64,000 nucleotides of DNA from Thermodesulfobacteriota bacterium (GTDB lineage Bacteria; Desulfobacterota; Desulfarculia; JACQYL01), in assembly GCA_963675595.2 (NCBI GenBank), contig CAXXLZ010000002.1, positions 832,001 to 896,000 on the forward strand, in the 5' to 3' direction. How positions within the stretch are numbered: the stretch's first letter is position 1; each line of letters starts with the position of its first letter. Of the stretch, positions 21,368 to 31,763 are shown piece after piece. A program made the position numbers and the translations under genes. The notes beneath the pieces were generated by a model, which was not told where the DNA came from, searched no databases, and saw only the letters and a program-made list of their open reading frames with translations.

Positions 21368-22054
21368 CTATCCCCCGACGAGCGTCAAAGGACTCGTCGG
21401 ACTGGACCGAACACCCTCCAAGAGTCCTCCGGCTTCCCCGCGAATGGAGAAGAACACGGACGCTACCTCCGGGTCGAACTGCGTTCCCGCGCAGCGTGCG
21501 ATTTCCCGACACGCGTCTTCAAAATCCATCCCCTTCCGATAGGTGCGCTGTTGCAGCATGGCTGAAAGGCTGTCGGCAAGGGCAATGATACGCGCCCCCA
21601 GAGGAATGTGTTCCCCTGACAGGTTGCGTGGATATCCCCGCCCATCGAATCTTTCGTGATGACATAGCACCAGTTCCGGGATGCCCATGCGCGCCATGGC
21701 TCGCACCGGAGACAAAATCGCGGCCCCGGTGACCGGATGCTTCCTGACCAGACACCATTCCTCTTCGCTCAATGCCCCTGCTTTGGTCAGCACGCAGTCC
21801 GGCACGCCGATTTTCCCGATATCGTGTAGGTGACCGGCGATGTGAATCACGTGGCACATTTCCGAAGAAAGCCCATAGGCGGAGGCCACGGCTTGAGCGA
21901 TGACCGCCGTTTCATCGGAATGGTTCTTGGTGAAGGGGTCTTTGGCATCGATGGCTCGTCCGAAGGATTCGGACATTTCGTGCACGATTCTCGATACCCG
22001 TGGGCAATGTGGATCGTCCAAGGTCTCGGAAATTTGTACGGGTATACTAACCAT
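21368..22054 (-). CDS. HD-GYP domain protein (cyclic dinucleotide phosphodiesterase family)
   Basis: AIDAKDPFT.NHS, HLHDIGKIG, HHERFDGRGYP, IPLGARIIALAD, GTQFDP. Confidence 0.92.
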   Translation of the reverse strand: MVSIPVQISETLDDPHCPRVSRIVHEMSESFGRAIDAKDPFTKNHSDETAVIAQAVASAYGLSSEMCHVIHIAGHLHDIGKIGVPDCVLTKAGALSEEEWCLVRKHPVTGAAILSPVRAMARMGIPELVLCHHERFDGRGYPRNLSGEHIPLGARIIALADSLSAMLQQRTYRKGMDFEDACREIARCAGTQFDPEVASVFFSIRGEAGGLLEGVRSSPTSPLTLVGG

Positions 22055-22656
22055 GGTTCCTGTTTCGTTCCGTAGCCGGCCGATTATGAATCATCCTCCG
22101 GGTTATCCATCGAAGGAGCATACGCGCCTATTTCGGTCCGCCGAGCGCAAAAAAACCGCACCCCTCTCCCCCGCTCCGGGAATGCTTCCGTGCGACGCCC
22201 CCCTCTCATCGCATGCGGAGAAAAAAAGGCGCAACCCGGTCCCCAGGACTCGTGCTGCGCCTTCACTTTCTTCGAGATAGGAGCTTCGAAGACCGTAAGA
22301 TGATCAATAGTCTCTTTTACGTACCTAACTTGTCAAGGCATTCTCGCACCTCCGTGCGATCTTTGAGACGACCCGTCATTCAGATCATGATATCCGTTTG
22401 TCGGGTCTTTGGGTTTCGGACATTGGAGACCGCACACGAAGGGCCGCTGAGGCCGCCCTCCGGACTTAAAGAAGCGGCTCCGACTGCGAAAGAAGAAAGG
22501 CGAGCGGGAAGAGGGCGGCGCCCGGGGCGTTGGAGACGGCTCCGATGAGTGGAGCCGCCCTCACCCCGATTCCAGGCAAAACAGCCTCGAAGTATTTGCA
22601 GAGTTCACGTTCCAGGGACAGGCCGTTCACCACGAGGTTCGAGAACAACGTACCCG

Positions 22657-23109
22657 CTACCGCTTGAGTAAACCGCCGGAAAGCAGCTTGCTCAACGGGT
22701 CTCCGGCCGCATCCCCGTCCAAGGTCGCAAGACCGCAGGCCGCCTCGAAGGTTTGTTGCAGGGTGTACTGCGTCGTTTCTCCCGCAATCTCCAAGACCGC
22801 TTTGGCGGTAGCAGGCTGTGCGTCCACGCTCGTGCCTACCTGACCAAAAACGACTTCCAGGCTCGCATCCTTGCCGAACAACTCCGGAACATCGAAACCA
22901 TCGCTCACGTCGGGGTCCAGAAATACATAAAAACGCTCCCCATCCGCAGATACGATAATGAGGGAAGAACCCGTGGTGTAGGTCTGGATCCAGAAATTGT
23001 TGCTGTAATCGCTCGGCTTCCAGACTCCGTCCGACCAGGAAAACGCCTGAGCGGAGAAGAGGAATACCAGCAGGATGGACCAAAGATAGATGCTTCGATA
23101 ACGTTGCAT
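22657..23109 (-). CDS. secreted hypothetical protein
   Basis: Signal peptide ending AQAFS; AAGGAGG RBS; mature domain aligns by eye with the N-domain of 19763..20497. Confidence 0.75.
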   Translation of the reverse strand: MQRYRSIYLWSILLVFLFSAQAFSWSDGVWKPSDYSNNFWIQTYTTGSSLIIVSADGERFYVFLDPDVSDGFDVPELFGKDASLEVVFGQVGTSVDAQPATAKAVLEIAGETTQYTLQQTFEAACGLATLDGDAAGDPLSKLLSGGLLKR

Positions 23110-23504
23110 GGGTCTACCTCCTTTGATGCCGTGCGTCCGAAGACGGGCGCAGGTTTTGCGTGAACGCCGTGGATTCGATTAAACCGGAATTCTTCGCTTC
23201 TTGAATTCCTCGACAGCCGCGCTTTGACCCGCCTGTAGACGAAAAACACGCGGCCTCCCCTCCCGCCGTCATCCGAATGAGCCGCGTCCTCCTCGCCGCC
23301 TTGAGTGATGATCTCCTCCGGCCCGCGCCACGGCTCGGGCCGGCCTTTCGAGCGTGAGCGTCGATTTCTCGAATTCAGGATGCGAAAAGGCAGTTTAACT
23401 CAATTCCTCTCGGCCCCCAACCGAAATTCTTGTTTCCCGTTTTGGGCTATGGTTTTCTTGAACGCCGGATTATTGTAATAAGAGAATAACCAAAGGAGGA
23501 ATAC

Positions 23505-24080
23505 ATGGATCTGTATGAGGCTATCGAGAAGAGACGGACCATCCGGGTGTACAAGGCGGGCGCCACGGAAGAACAGCTGCGCAAGATCATCCTGGCCGGA
23601 ACGAAAGCGCCTTCGGCTCTCAATCGCCAGTTTTGGGAATTCATCATCGTGGAGGACCCCTCCATCATCCAACGGCTCGCGGAGCTGAAATACGAGCAGA
23701 CCATGAAAACCCCGTTGAAAGACCCGGCAAAACGACCGAAGCTCGAAGCGGCCGGGTCGGCTCAAAAGGAATCTTTCAAGAACGCCTCCATTGTGGCGGT
23801 GTGCAACAAGGTGGACTGGGAACGAAGCCTCTGGCTTTGCATAGAAAACATGTCACTGGTCGCCGTCGCCGAAGGGCTGGGTTCCGGAATCGTGCTCTAC
23901 TGGGATGAAGACAAGAAGAAGGCGGGAGAATTGTTGGGGCTTCCCGAAGACTACGAGCTCACCGCCATAATGAAGATCGGCGTCCCCGGAGAGGAAGGAT
24001 ATGCCAGGGACGAAAATCCCTTCGGCCCGAGAAGGCCGGATTTCAGTTGGCTTCATAAAAATCGGTACCAGGCGAAATAA
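23505..24080 (+). CDS. nitroreductase family protein
   Basis: EAIEKRRTIRVY, KAPSALNRQFWEFIIV, ENMSLVAVAEGLGS; AAGGAGG RBS. Confidence 0.92.
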   Translation: MDLYEAIEKRRTIRVYKAGATEEQLRKIILAGTKAPSALNRQFWEFIIVEDPSIIQRLAELKYEQTMKTPLKDPAKRPKLEAAGSAQKESFKNASIVAVCNKVDWERSLWLCIENMSLVAVAEGLGSGIVLYWDEDKKKAGELLGLPEDYELTAIMKIGVPGEEGYARDENPFGPRRPDFSWLHKNRYQAK

Positions 24081-24215
24081 CCTTCCGTGGTCCGGGGGAA
24101 ATCCATGGCATTCGGATTTCCTTCGGCTTTGAAACCCACTTGCGGTCATCCCTGAACCTGTCCTCGAACGGGGTCCTGTCACCTGTCGGACATCGGAATC
24201 GGCGATCCTTCGAAC

Positions 24216-25529
24216 ATGAGTCATCGAACCGGCAGTAACATAGGCATCTTGGGCGCGGGAATCATGGGTTGCTGTCTCGCTCTGGAACTGGCCCACAGAG
24301 GTTACGACGTCGACCTCCTGGAAAGGTCCTCCACCCCCGTAACCGGCGCGAGCCTCCATAACGAAGGCAAGCTCCATTTAGGATTCGTCTACGCCAAGGA
24401 CCCCCTCAAAGAAACGCACCGTCTCATGGCGCGAGGCTCCCTGACCTTTTCCCGTATCCTCCGGCAGTTGACGGGTCACGGCGCGGACGTCTTGAAGCCC
24501 TCGCGGCCGTTCCACTACTTTGTTCCTCGGGACAGCCAGTTGGGCATAGCCGCCATCGAAGCCCACTTTCATCAGGTCGAAGAGACCGTTCATGAATTCA
24601 CGAAAACTTCGGGAGACCTTTATCTCGACCTGAAAATCGACCGCTTTCACCGACGTACCCCCTCAAAGATTCACGACAGGCTGTTTTCACCCGATCTGAC
24701 CCAAGGTTCCTTCGAAACGGAGGAACGAGCCGTCTCACCTACGGCCCTGGCTCGAGTCCTCCGGGAAGCCGTAGCCCGTCATCCCAAAGTACACTTTTTG
24801 GGAGACACGGAGGTTCGGGCGGTGATCAGGTTTGCGGGCGGGGACGTGGGAGTCGAGGCGAGCCGGAAGAACCTGCCCGTTCAATATCGGTACGTGTGCG
24901 CGGCCAACTGCCTGTGGGACGACCGAGTGCGCGTCGACCGGACCGCGGGGATACGAGAGAACGTCCCCTGGATATTCCGATACAAAGCGACGGTCAATAT
25001 CGGTGCGCTTCCGGCGGCCGACGCCCACATCCCTTCAGCGACGGGAATCCTCGGGGCCTACGGCGACGTGGTGAATCACGGCGACGGGTCATGCTACGTC
25101 TCCTGGTATCCCAAAAGCAAGATTGCCCAATGCACCCACGAGGACGGGCGGGTGCTGCACGATCGCGTGCACCGGGGTTTTCTGCCTCGAAGCATTCGAA
25201 AGATGACGGAAGCCCACCCTTCCCTCTCCAAGTTCGTGGCCGGCATCGCCCACTCGAATTTCATCAAAAGCAACATCCGGGGCATGGCGGCCTATGTCCC
25301 CTCAATGAACCGTTTGCTGGACAACGGCATAAGAGGCGAAGTGGGGGGAGGCGTCATTGTCGCACGGGGACGCACGGACATAGACGACCCCGGCAGTATT
25401 CTCCATCAGAGATCACTCATTGGCCCCATCGCCCACGGTTCCTACGTGACCGTGGACACGGGAAAACTCTGCATGGCGCCTTTGTTCGCGAGGGAAACGG
25501 CCGATCTCATGGTAGAGGTCCTTTCATGA
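24216..25529 (+). CDS. FAD-dependent oxidoreductase (DAO-like)
   Basis: IGILGAGIMG Rossmann motif, LLER, GASLHNEGKLHLG, C-terminal TGKLCMAP. Confidence 0.8.
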   Translation: MSHRTGSNIGILGAGIMGCCLALELAHRGYDVDLLERSSTPVTGASLHNEGKLHLGFVYAKDPLKETHRLMARGSLTFSRILRQLTGHGADVLKPSRPFHYFVPRDSQLGIAAIEAHFHQVEETVHEFTKTSGDLYLDLKIDRFHRRTPSKIHDRLFSPDLTQGSFETEERAVSPTALARVLREAVARHPKVHFLGDTEVRAVIRFAGGDVGVEASRKNLPVQYRYVCAANCLWDDRVRVDRTAGIRENVPWIFRYKATVNIGALPAADAHIPSATGILGAYGDVVNHGDGSCYVSWYPKSKIAQCTHEDGRVLHDRVHRGFLPRSIRKMTEAHPSLSKFVAGIAHSNFIKSNIRGMAAYVPSMNRLLDNGIRGEVGGGVIVARGRTDIDDPGSILHQRSLIGPIAHGSYVTVDTGKLCMAPLFARETADLMVEVLS

Positions 25530-26239
25530 CCCGGCCCGCATGCCCCCCTGGTGAACCCGCCCGGGGGTCGAAACCCTTCCCTTTTGGTCCCCTGGTCGTC
25601 AAGGACGGCGGATTCGGGCGGTTTGGAGATCGAAGCCCTCCAATTCCCGCAGATCTGGTCTACGCGCAATACGCCTACCACGGTGCTGGATCCGCCTTGC
25701 TCTCCCGCATTTTCGTAACCACCCCGCACGGACCGACATTGAATCCAAAAAAGGGAGTTGAAACCGCCGGCGCATCGCGCATTGGGTTGGATGTGATTCC
25801 AAAACGCTTCTGGAGGCCCATGACCAACTCAGTTCAATTATAGAAGCGAGGCACGGGCCGAAGTGGACCCCAAGGTGGGCACCAAATTTAGCCCGAGAAT
25901 AAGGTGGGGGAACTGGAAATCGGCGCCTCAAAAACCCGTGTCGTTGCCCGTCCCACGGACGAACAAAAGTATTGGTTGACTTTGATCGGAGCGCCACCCA
26001 TTCCATCGTCCCTGCCATGAAACGAGGCTTGTAGTGTAAAAGCCGTCCAATCAAAATATGTAACTACTTGATATCATTACGGCGCTATCGCACAGAGCGT
26101 CAAACTTCGGGTGCGTTGGAAAACGACCTACGGTCGGCAGGTGGGAAATACGGTGGGAAAACTCCAAGATCGTCTTCAAAAACCGTCTTTTTTGCCTTGA
26201 ACGTCCAATCCGACTTATTGATTTTCTTTCGGTTTTTGG

Positions 26240-26316
26240 TGGTGGGCGATGCGAGACTCGAACTCACGACCTTTGGTTCCGGAGACCAACGCTCTATCCA
26301 CCTGAGCTAATCGCCC
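26240..26316 (-). tRNA. tRNA-Arg (CCG)
   Basis: GGGCGATTAGCTCAGGTGGATAGAGC-G-TTGGT-CTCCGGA-ACCAA...GTTCGAGTC...ATCGCCCACCA; cloverleaf with encoded CCA. Confidence 0.95.
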
Positions 26317-26430
26317 ACACGACGCTCTTCCTTCTATCGGAAGAGTGTGATAGTGTCAAGATTTTCATCTTTCAGCGCCTCTCCGGCGCCGTTTCCTCAC
26401 CGACCCTTTATCGACGTGATCGGAAGTCCC

Positions 26431-26898
26431 ATGTCCACCCCTGCTCTCCGGTTTCTTAAGCAACGGAACGTTCCCCACCGTGTGGAGACCTACGAACACT
26501 TGGAAAAAGGCGCTCGCTTCGCCGCCTCCGCTCTGGACTACCCCATCGAACGAACCATCAAGACCCTGGTGGTGGAGCTTTGTCCCGGAGGATACGTCCT
26601 GGTGCTCATGCCGGGGCACCTGCAGGCCGACCTCAAAGCCCTGGCCGCGTCGCTCAAGGCCAAAAAGGCCGCTCTGGCGGATGCCGCGACCGCCGAGCGC
26701 CTCACCGGTTACCAAGTGGGAGGCATCAGCCCCTTCGGCACCAAACGGCGCCTCCCGGTCTATATAGAGCAAAGTCTGGCGGATTTCTCCGAGGTGGCCA
26801 TCAACGGGGGACGCCGGGGAACCATGCTCAAAATGGACCCGCAGGATATCCTCAAGGCCTTGGGAGCGCGCACTCTCGAACTGGGGCGCCCCGAGTGA
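26431..26898 (+). CDS. ybaK: Cys-tRNA(Pro) deacylase, YbaK/EbsC family
   Basis: STPALRFL, KTLVV, AERLTGYQVGGISPFG, INGGRRG. Confidence 0.9.
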   Translation: MSTPALRFLKQRNVPHRVETYEHLEKGARFAASALDYPIERTIKTLVVELCPGGYVLVLMPGHLQADLKALAASLKAKKAALADAATAERLTGYQVGGISPFGTKRRLPVYIEQSLADFSEVAINGGRRGTMLKMDPQDILKALGARTLELGRPE

Positions 26899-26978
26899 CG
26901 GGATAACGGAATCCCACGGCCGGCGCCTCGCCCGCCCGCATCCCTCCTCTTTCACTCGTAAGCATTCAGAGAGGGGTC

Positions 26979-27026
26979 CGGGGGCCATTGTCCCCCGTCG
27001 GGGGTGCAGCGGAACGGCACCCCCCG
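26979..27026. repeat. GC-rich double hairpin (REP-like or bidirectional terminator) between convergent genes
   Basis: CGGGGG..CCCCCG followed by GGGGGTGC..GCACCCCC stems. Confidence 0.45.
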
Positions 27027-27039
27027 TGAATAGGTGCTT

Positions 27040-27339
27040 TTACTCCATGGAGTCGTCGGGGGGCGAAGAGACTTCGGATTCCGGGTTCTCTTCCGAAGAA
27101 GCATCCCCCTCTTCCGTGGAGGCACGCCGGGAGAACCTCCGCACCAGCACGCCGGCAAGCACCGCGGCACTGATGAGAATGATCAGGTTGGAAGCGAAAA
27201 AGGTCAGAATAAAGTAGTGCGGTGACTCGAGGGAGTAGGCGCCCACCAGCAGGTCCACGCCGAAAAGCAGAAAAATGAGGGAAAGCGCGACTTGGACGAC
27301 CGTGGACAAGAATCCCGGGCGTTCAGACGGGAAACGCAT
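27040..27339 (-). CDS. small two-TM membrane protein
   Basis: Two long hydrophobic stretches and an acidic tail; overlaps the 3' end of the upstream gene. Confidence 0.65.
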   Translation of the reverse strand: MRFPSERPGFLSTVVQVALSLIFLLFGVDLLVGAYSLESPHYFILTFFASNLIILISAAVLAGVLVRRFSRRASTEEGDASSEENPESEVSSPPDDSME

Positions 27340-27994
27340 ACCCACACATTCGATCCAACTCTTCCTTCATCCGGTTGAGGCGTTCCTCCACCAGTCTCGT
27401 ATAGGCTTCCGTGACTTCGGGGCCTCCGGCAGACACTTCGATGGGATCGCCGAACATCACCGCTACTTCGGAAAAGGGCTTGGGGATCATGGTCCCGTCC
27501 CACGTCTTTTTGAACGTGATGGACTTTCCGCAGGACCAGAGTATGGGCATCAGAGGAACCCCGGTGCGCTGCGCCAGAACGACCATGCCCGGCTTGGCCT
27601 TGAACGCCGGTCCGCGAGGGCCGTCCAGCACGGTTGCACAATACAGTCCGCCTTCTTCGAGATGCCGGACCATTTCCCGCAAGGCTTCCTTGCCGCCTCG
27701 GCTGCTGGAACCGCGCACCGGAACCGTCCCCATCCGGGAGGCGAAACGCGCGATATACTCCCCGTCGCGGCTGCGGCTGAACATGACCATGGCATGAAGG
27801 GAGCCGAGGTAATATAGAAAGTAGATCGCCGCCCGATGCCAAGTGGCGAAGACGAAGGGTTCCTTTCCCGAAACGACCCGTCTACGGTTCTCGGGATTGA
27901 CCACTCGAACCCGTATCGTGGAAAACCAGGCCTTGAACAGAGGAACTCCCACGTATTCCAGCAGGAAGAGCTTGATGCGTTCAGCGGGCGCCAT
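27323..27994 (-). CDS. DUF374 / lysophospholipid acyltransferase-like protein
   Basis: FATWH, SRSRDGEYIA, VRGSSSRGG.EAL, DGPRGP, WDGTMIPKPFS. Confidence 0.88.
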   Translation of the reverse strand: MAPAERIKLFLLEYVGVPLFKAWFSTIRVRVVNPENRRRVVSGKEPFVFATWHRAAIYFLYYLGSLHAMVMFSRSRDGEYIARFASRMGTVPVRGSSSRGGKEALREMVRHLEEGGLYCATVLDGPRGPAFKAKPGMVVLAQRTGVPLMPILWSCGKSITFKKTWDGTMIPKPFSEVAVMFGDPIEVSAGGPEVTEAYTRLVEERLNRMKEELDRMCGYAFPV

Positions 27995-28086
27995 GAACTC
28001 GATCTCGTTTGAATAGTGGGATTGGAACCGCGCGGGATAGAGAAGCGCTCCCCGCCTCCCTCATGGAAGCGACCGGAAGAAACCAC

Positions 28087-28164
<78 letters not shown>

Positions 28165-28383
28165 ACAAAAACTCGTTTATTTGTACCCTTTGGACAACAT
28201 ATCCAGGGACACCTATTGCACACCTACCCTCACCCCATCAGAGGTTCGGGGCATCCTTTTGTGGGATGCATTCAGGAATCCTGCGTCTCACGACAGGCGG
28301 GGCAATGCCGAAATTCCGCTTGCCGGAGGGCTTTCAGGTAGCATACGCTCCCGTGGTTTGCAAGGCATATTGGGTGGAAGACA

Positions 28384-29109
28384 TCACCAAAGCTCGCCTC
28401 CCAAGGCTTCCAATTGGATTTGCATCAGAGCCCGAATCCCTTTGGTACCCAGTTCCAGCATGCGATCCAGGGCTTGGGCGTCGAACGGCTTCTTTTCCGC
28501 GGTCCCTTGAATCTCCACAAAGGCTCCCGAGGACGTCATCACCAGATTCAGATCTGTTTGAGCACGGTGGTCCTCTTCGTAATCCAGGTCGAGAAGCACC
28601 TCGTCGTCCACGACTCCGACGCTCACCGCGGCCACGGCCTCCCGTATGGGTGAAGCGGTGAGTTCTCCCCGTTCGCGCAGTAACCGAAGCGCCTGCACCA
28701 AGGCCGTAAAGGCCCCGGTAACGGACGCCGTCCGGGTGCCCCCGTCCGCCTGGATGACGTCGCAATCCAGTACGATGGTGCGTTCCCCCAGAGCGTTAAG
28801 GTCCATCACCGCCCTGAGGGATCGGCCGATCAGACGCTGGATCTCCTGGGTTCTCCCCTGCAGGCGTCCCTCGGCGGATTCCCGTTTCACGCGCTCCCGT
28901 GTGGACCTGGGCAGCAGGGCGTATTCGGCGGTAACCCAGCCGGACCCCGTGTTCTCGAGAAAGCGAGGAACCTCATTGCGGATCGAGGCGGCGCACAGCA
29001 CCTGGGTGTCTCCCGTGTGAATGAGGACCGAACCTTCCGCGTACTTGAGTACGCCGGTGTTGATCTTCGCGGGTCTCAATTCTTCCGGCCTTCTATTTGA
29101 CTGCCTCAT
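28384..29109 (-). CDS. rph: ribonuclease PH
   Basis: YAEGSVLI, GWVTAEY, GRTQEIQRLIGRSLRA, DCDVIQADGGTRTAS, VEIQGTAE. Confidence 0.97.
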   Translation of the reverse strand: MRQSNRRPEELRPAKINTGVLKYAEGSVLIHTGDTQVLCAASIRNEVPRFLENTGSGWVTAEYALLPRSTRERVKRESAEGRLQGRTQEIQRLIGRSLRAVMDLNALGERTIVLDCDVIQADGGTRTASVTGAFTALVQALRLLRERGELTASPIREAVAAVSVGVVDDEVLLDLDYEEDHRAQTDLNLVMTSSGAFVEIQGTAEKKPFDAQALDRMLELGTKGIRALMQIQLEALGGELW

Positions 29110-29263
29110 CAGCCTTTGCCTTTTTCCCTTTCATTTAATGGAACGGCCCGTTTAAAAAGTCCGGTTGGTGCAGGCCGGAGATCGCATTTTTCGCATCTAT
29201 TCACGAGATGTGCAGCATGTGCCGTACAACTTTTTAAAACACCTAAACTTTTGGGGAAGGAGC

Positions 29264-29298
29264 CCGAGGGAGCCTTTTTTTCAAAAAGGGCTCCTCGG
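29264..29298. repeat. REP-like palindrome
   Basis: CCGAGG(G)AGCCTTTTT...AAAAAGGGCTCCTCGG imperfect stem in an intergenic region. Confidence 0.55.
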
Positions 29299-29337
29299 AT
29301 ACCCCCTTAACTGCCCGTTGAAGAAGTTGGACTATTC

Positions 29338-29461
29338 CAGATTGTTGAAAAACGATGACATGCAAGGCGCGCAAATCCCGAGGAATGAGGCGTACATAGA
29401 AGTACGTCGCAGTGACGAGGGATGAAGCGCAACGCCGCAGATCGCGTTTTTCAACGGTCTG
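29338..29461. mobile_element. MITE-like non-autonomous element (124 bp)
   Basis: Terminal inverted repeats CAGATTGTTGAAAAACG / CGTTTTTCAACGGTCTG (15/17 match); no transposase; ends resemble IS5/IS1182-type termini. Confidence 0.7.
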
Positions 29462-29539
29462 TTAATGCTCACCGTTTTTCAACCGCTTGATAATCGATCC
29501 CAATCGTGGTTGGGAACACCTCACTCCGTGCTTGGCGAC

Positions 29540-29568
29540 TTGACTTAAAGCACGACGAGAATTATTGT
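29540..29568 (+). promoter_or_regulatory. putative sigma70 promoter for tRNA-Leu-tig
   Basis: TTGACT-N17-TATTGT about 80 nt upstream of tRNA-Leu. Confidence 0.45.
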
Positions 29569-29648
29569 TGTTTGATACCAACAATTGTCACCCTTTTGCC
29601 ATCACCGGGCGACACTTACAAGGCTCTACGGTCCCTGACGCAGACCCT

Positions 29649-29734
29649 GCGAGAGTGGCGGAACCGGTAGACGCACTGGACTTAGGATCCAGCGGTTAAT
29701 CACCGTAGGGGTTCGAATCCCCTCTCTCGCACCA
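29649..29734 (+). tRNA. tRNA-Leu (TAG)
   Basis: GCGAGAGTGGCGGAACCGGTAGACGCA-CTGGA-CTTAGGA-TCCAG, long variable arm, GGTTCGAATCC, ACCA end; usual position upstream of tig. Confidence 0.96.
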
Positions 29735-29757
29735 GAATCCAATTCCCGAGGAATTAC

Positions 29758-31080
29758 ATGAGAGTAACAGTTGAAGATGTCAACCCCGTTAAGAAGAAAA
29801 TGGACGTTTCCGTTCCCAAGGAAGAAGTCGCCCGGGAACTGAGCAATTATTTCGATGACCTACGGAAAAAAGTCAAGGTGCGCGGTTTCCGGCCGGGCAA
29901 AGTGCCCATGTCCATGATCCGGCGGCTTTACAAAGAAGCGGCGGAAGAGGATGTCGCGGCCAAACTGATCAGCGAATCTTATCCCAAGGCCATTGAAGAA
30001 CAAAACATTCGCCCCCTGGGCAGCCCGGCCCTCGAAAAGGGTGTGCTGACGGACAGCGAAGATTTCACTTACTCCGCCACGGTGGAGGTTCCGCCTGAAA
30101 TCCACATCGAAGGATATTTAGGAGTCGAACTCGAAAAAGCGGAACCTGAAGTGACGGACGCGCAGGTGGATGAACGGGTCGAACGGCTTCGTGAGGTTCA
30201 TGCTCATTTGAACCCCGTCGAAGATCGTCCCGTGCAGGACGGAGATGTGGCGGTGGTGAACTACCAGCGTTTCCTGGACGGCGAGCCCCTGGAGGACAGC
30301 AAGCACGAGCAGGTGCACATGGAGATCGGCAAGGGCCGATTCCCGGAACTCGAGAAGGGGCTGACGGGACTCTCCAAAGGTGAGGATAAGGAAGTCGAAG
30401 TGACTTATCCGGAAGACGCCCAGATGGAGGACCTCAGAGGCAAGACGGTGAAGTTTCGTTTGGAAGTGACCGACATCAAAGAGAAGGAGCTCCCGGAACC
30501 GGACGACGATTTCGCCAAAGACTTGAACCTGGGCATTGAGACCATGGAGGAACTCCGGGACAAGATTCGCTCTGAAATTCTGGAAGAGGAAGAGCGGCGC
30601 GTCCAGGCGGACCTGAACAAACAAATCCTGGACAAGTTCCTCAAGGAAAATCCGTTTGCAGTCCCCGAGACCCTGGTGGAGTACGAAACGGAATCCATGC
30701 TCGAGAACCTCGAAAAACGCATCGCTCGCCAGGGAATGACTCTGGAAGCCATGAACATGGACCGTGAGGAGCTTAGGAAAACCCATCGCATTGCCGCCGA
30801 GGAACGGGTCCGCGCCAGTCTCTTGTTGAACGAGATCGCCAAGAAGGAAAAGGTCGAGGTGGACGAAGTCGATCTGAACGAAGCCTTCGAAAAAATGGCC
30901 CGGCAGGTGGGACAGGATCGAGAATTCATTCGCTCCTATTACGAAAAGGGCGGTTTGATGGACGGTCTCCGGGGCCAACTCCTGGAAGAAAAGACTTTGA
31001 AACTCATTTGTGATCATGCTACGATGAAGCCCAAATCCGCTATATCTCAAGAAAATTCAACGGAAGGACAAGAAGAATAG
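29758..31080 (+). CDS. tig: trigger factor
   Basis: GFRPGKVP ribosome-binding motif, FKBP-like middle domain, synteny with clpP-clpX. Confidence 0.97.
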   Translation: MRVTVEDVNPVKKKMDVSVPKEEVARELSNYFDDLRKKVKVRGFRPGKVPMSMIRRLYKEAAEEDVAAKLISESYPKAIEEQNIRPLGSPALEKGVLTDSEDFTYSATVEVPPEIHIEGYLGVELEKAEPEVTDAQVDERVERLREVHAHLNPVEDRPVQDGDVAVVNYQRFLDGEPLEDSKHEQVHMEIGKGRFPELEKGLTGLSKGEDKEVEVTYPEDAQMEDLRGKTVKFRLEVTDIKEKELPEPDDDFAKDLNLGIETMEELRDKIRSEILEEEERRVQADLNKQILDKFLKENPFAVPETLVEYETESMLENLEKRIARQGMTLEAMNMDREELRKTHRIAAEERVRASLLLNEIAKKEKVEVDEVDLNEAFEKMARQVGQDREFIRSYYEKGGLMDGLRGQLLEEKTLKLICDHATMKPKSAISQENSTEGQEE

Positions 31081-31081
31081 C

Positions 31082-31678
31082 ATGCTGGTACCTATTGTCG
31101 TTGAACAGAGCAGCCGCGGTGAACGCGCGTTCGATATCTATTCCAGGCTCCTGAAAGATCGAATTGTATTCTTGGGCACCCCGGTCGATGACGTGCTGGC
31201 CAATTTGGTCATCGCCCAGATGCTTTTTCTCGAGTCGGACAACCCGGAAAAAGATATCCATCTTTACGTGAACTCCCCGGGGGGGTCCGTGACCGCCGGT
31301 CTGGCGATTTACGACACCATACAATATATCAAACCAAGCGTTTCCACCACTTGCATGGGCCAGGCGTCCAGCATGGGCGCCCTGCTTCTCGCCGCGGGGG
31401 CCAAAGGAAAACGGTACGCTCTGCCCCATTCGAGGATCATGATTCACCAGCCCATGGGTGCGTTCCAGGGCCAGGCCACGGACGTGGAGATTCAGGCCAA
31501 AGAGATGCTTCGCCTGCGGGAAGCTCTGAACGAGATTCTGTCGAGACATACCTGCCAACCCATCGAAAGGATTCGTCTCGACACGGAACGAGATTTCTTC
31601 ATGGATGGAAACCAGGCCAAGGAATACGGTCTCATCGACGAAGTGATCGTGAACCGCGAACCCGACGCCTGTAAGTAG
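31082..31678 (+). CDS. clpP: ATP-dependent Clp protease proteolytic subunit
   Basis: [32 protein letters not shown]. Confidence 0.98.
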   Translation: MLVPIVVEQSSRGERAFDIYSRLLKDRIVFLGTPVDDVLANLVIAQMLFLESDNPEKDIHLYVNSPGGSVTAGLAIYDTIQYIKPSVSTTCMGQASSMGALLLAAGAKGKRYALPHSRIMIHQPMGAFQGQATDVEIQAKEMLRLREALNEILSRHTCQPIERIRLDTERDFFMDGNQAKEYGLIDEVIVNREPDACK

Positions 31679-31763
31679 TACATAAGACCCCATAGGATAC
31701 AGCGGTCTCGGCATACGGAGTCCTCAAGTGGCCACTCCGAAATAGGCCGTTGGGAGAGGAATT

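Noticed and set aside
22055-22460. Cobalamin or c-di-GMP riboswitch upstream of the HD-GYP gene
   Set aside because: The leader is long and structured, but I could not find the B12-box or GEMM conserved motifs; an Infernal/Rfam scan is needed.
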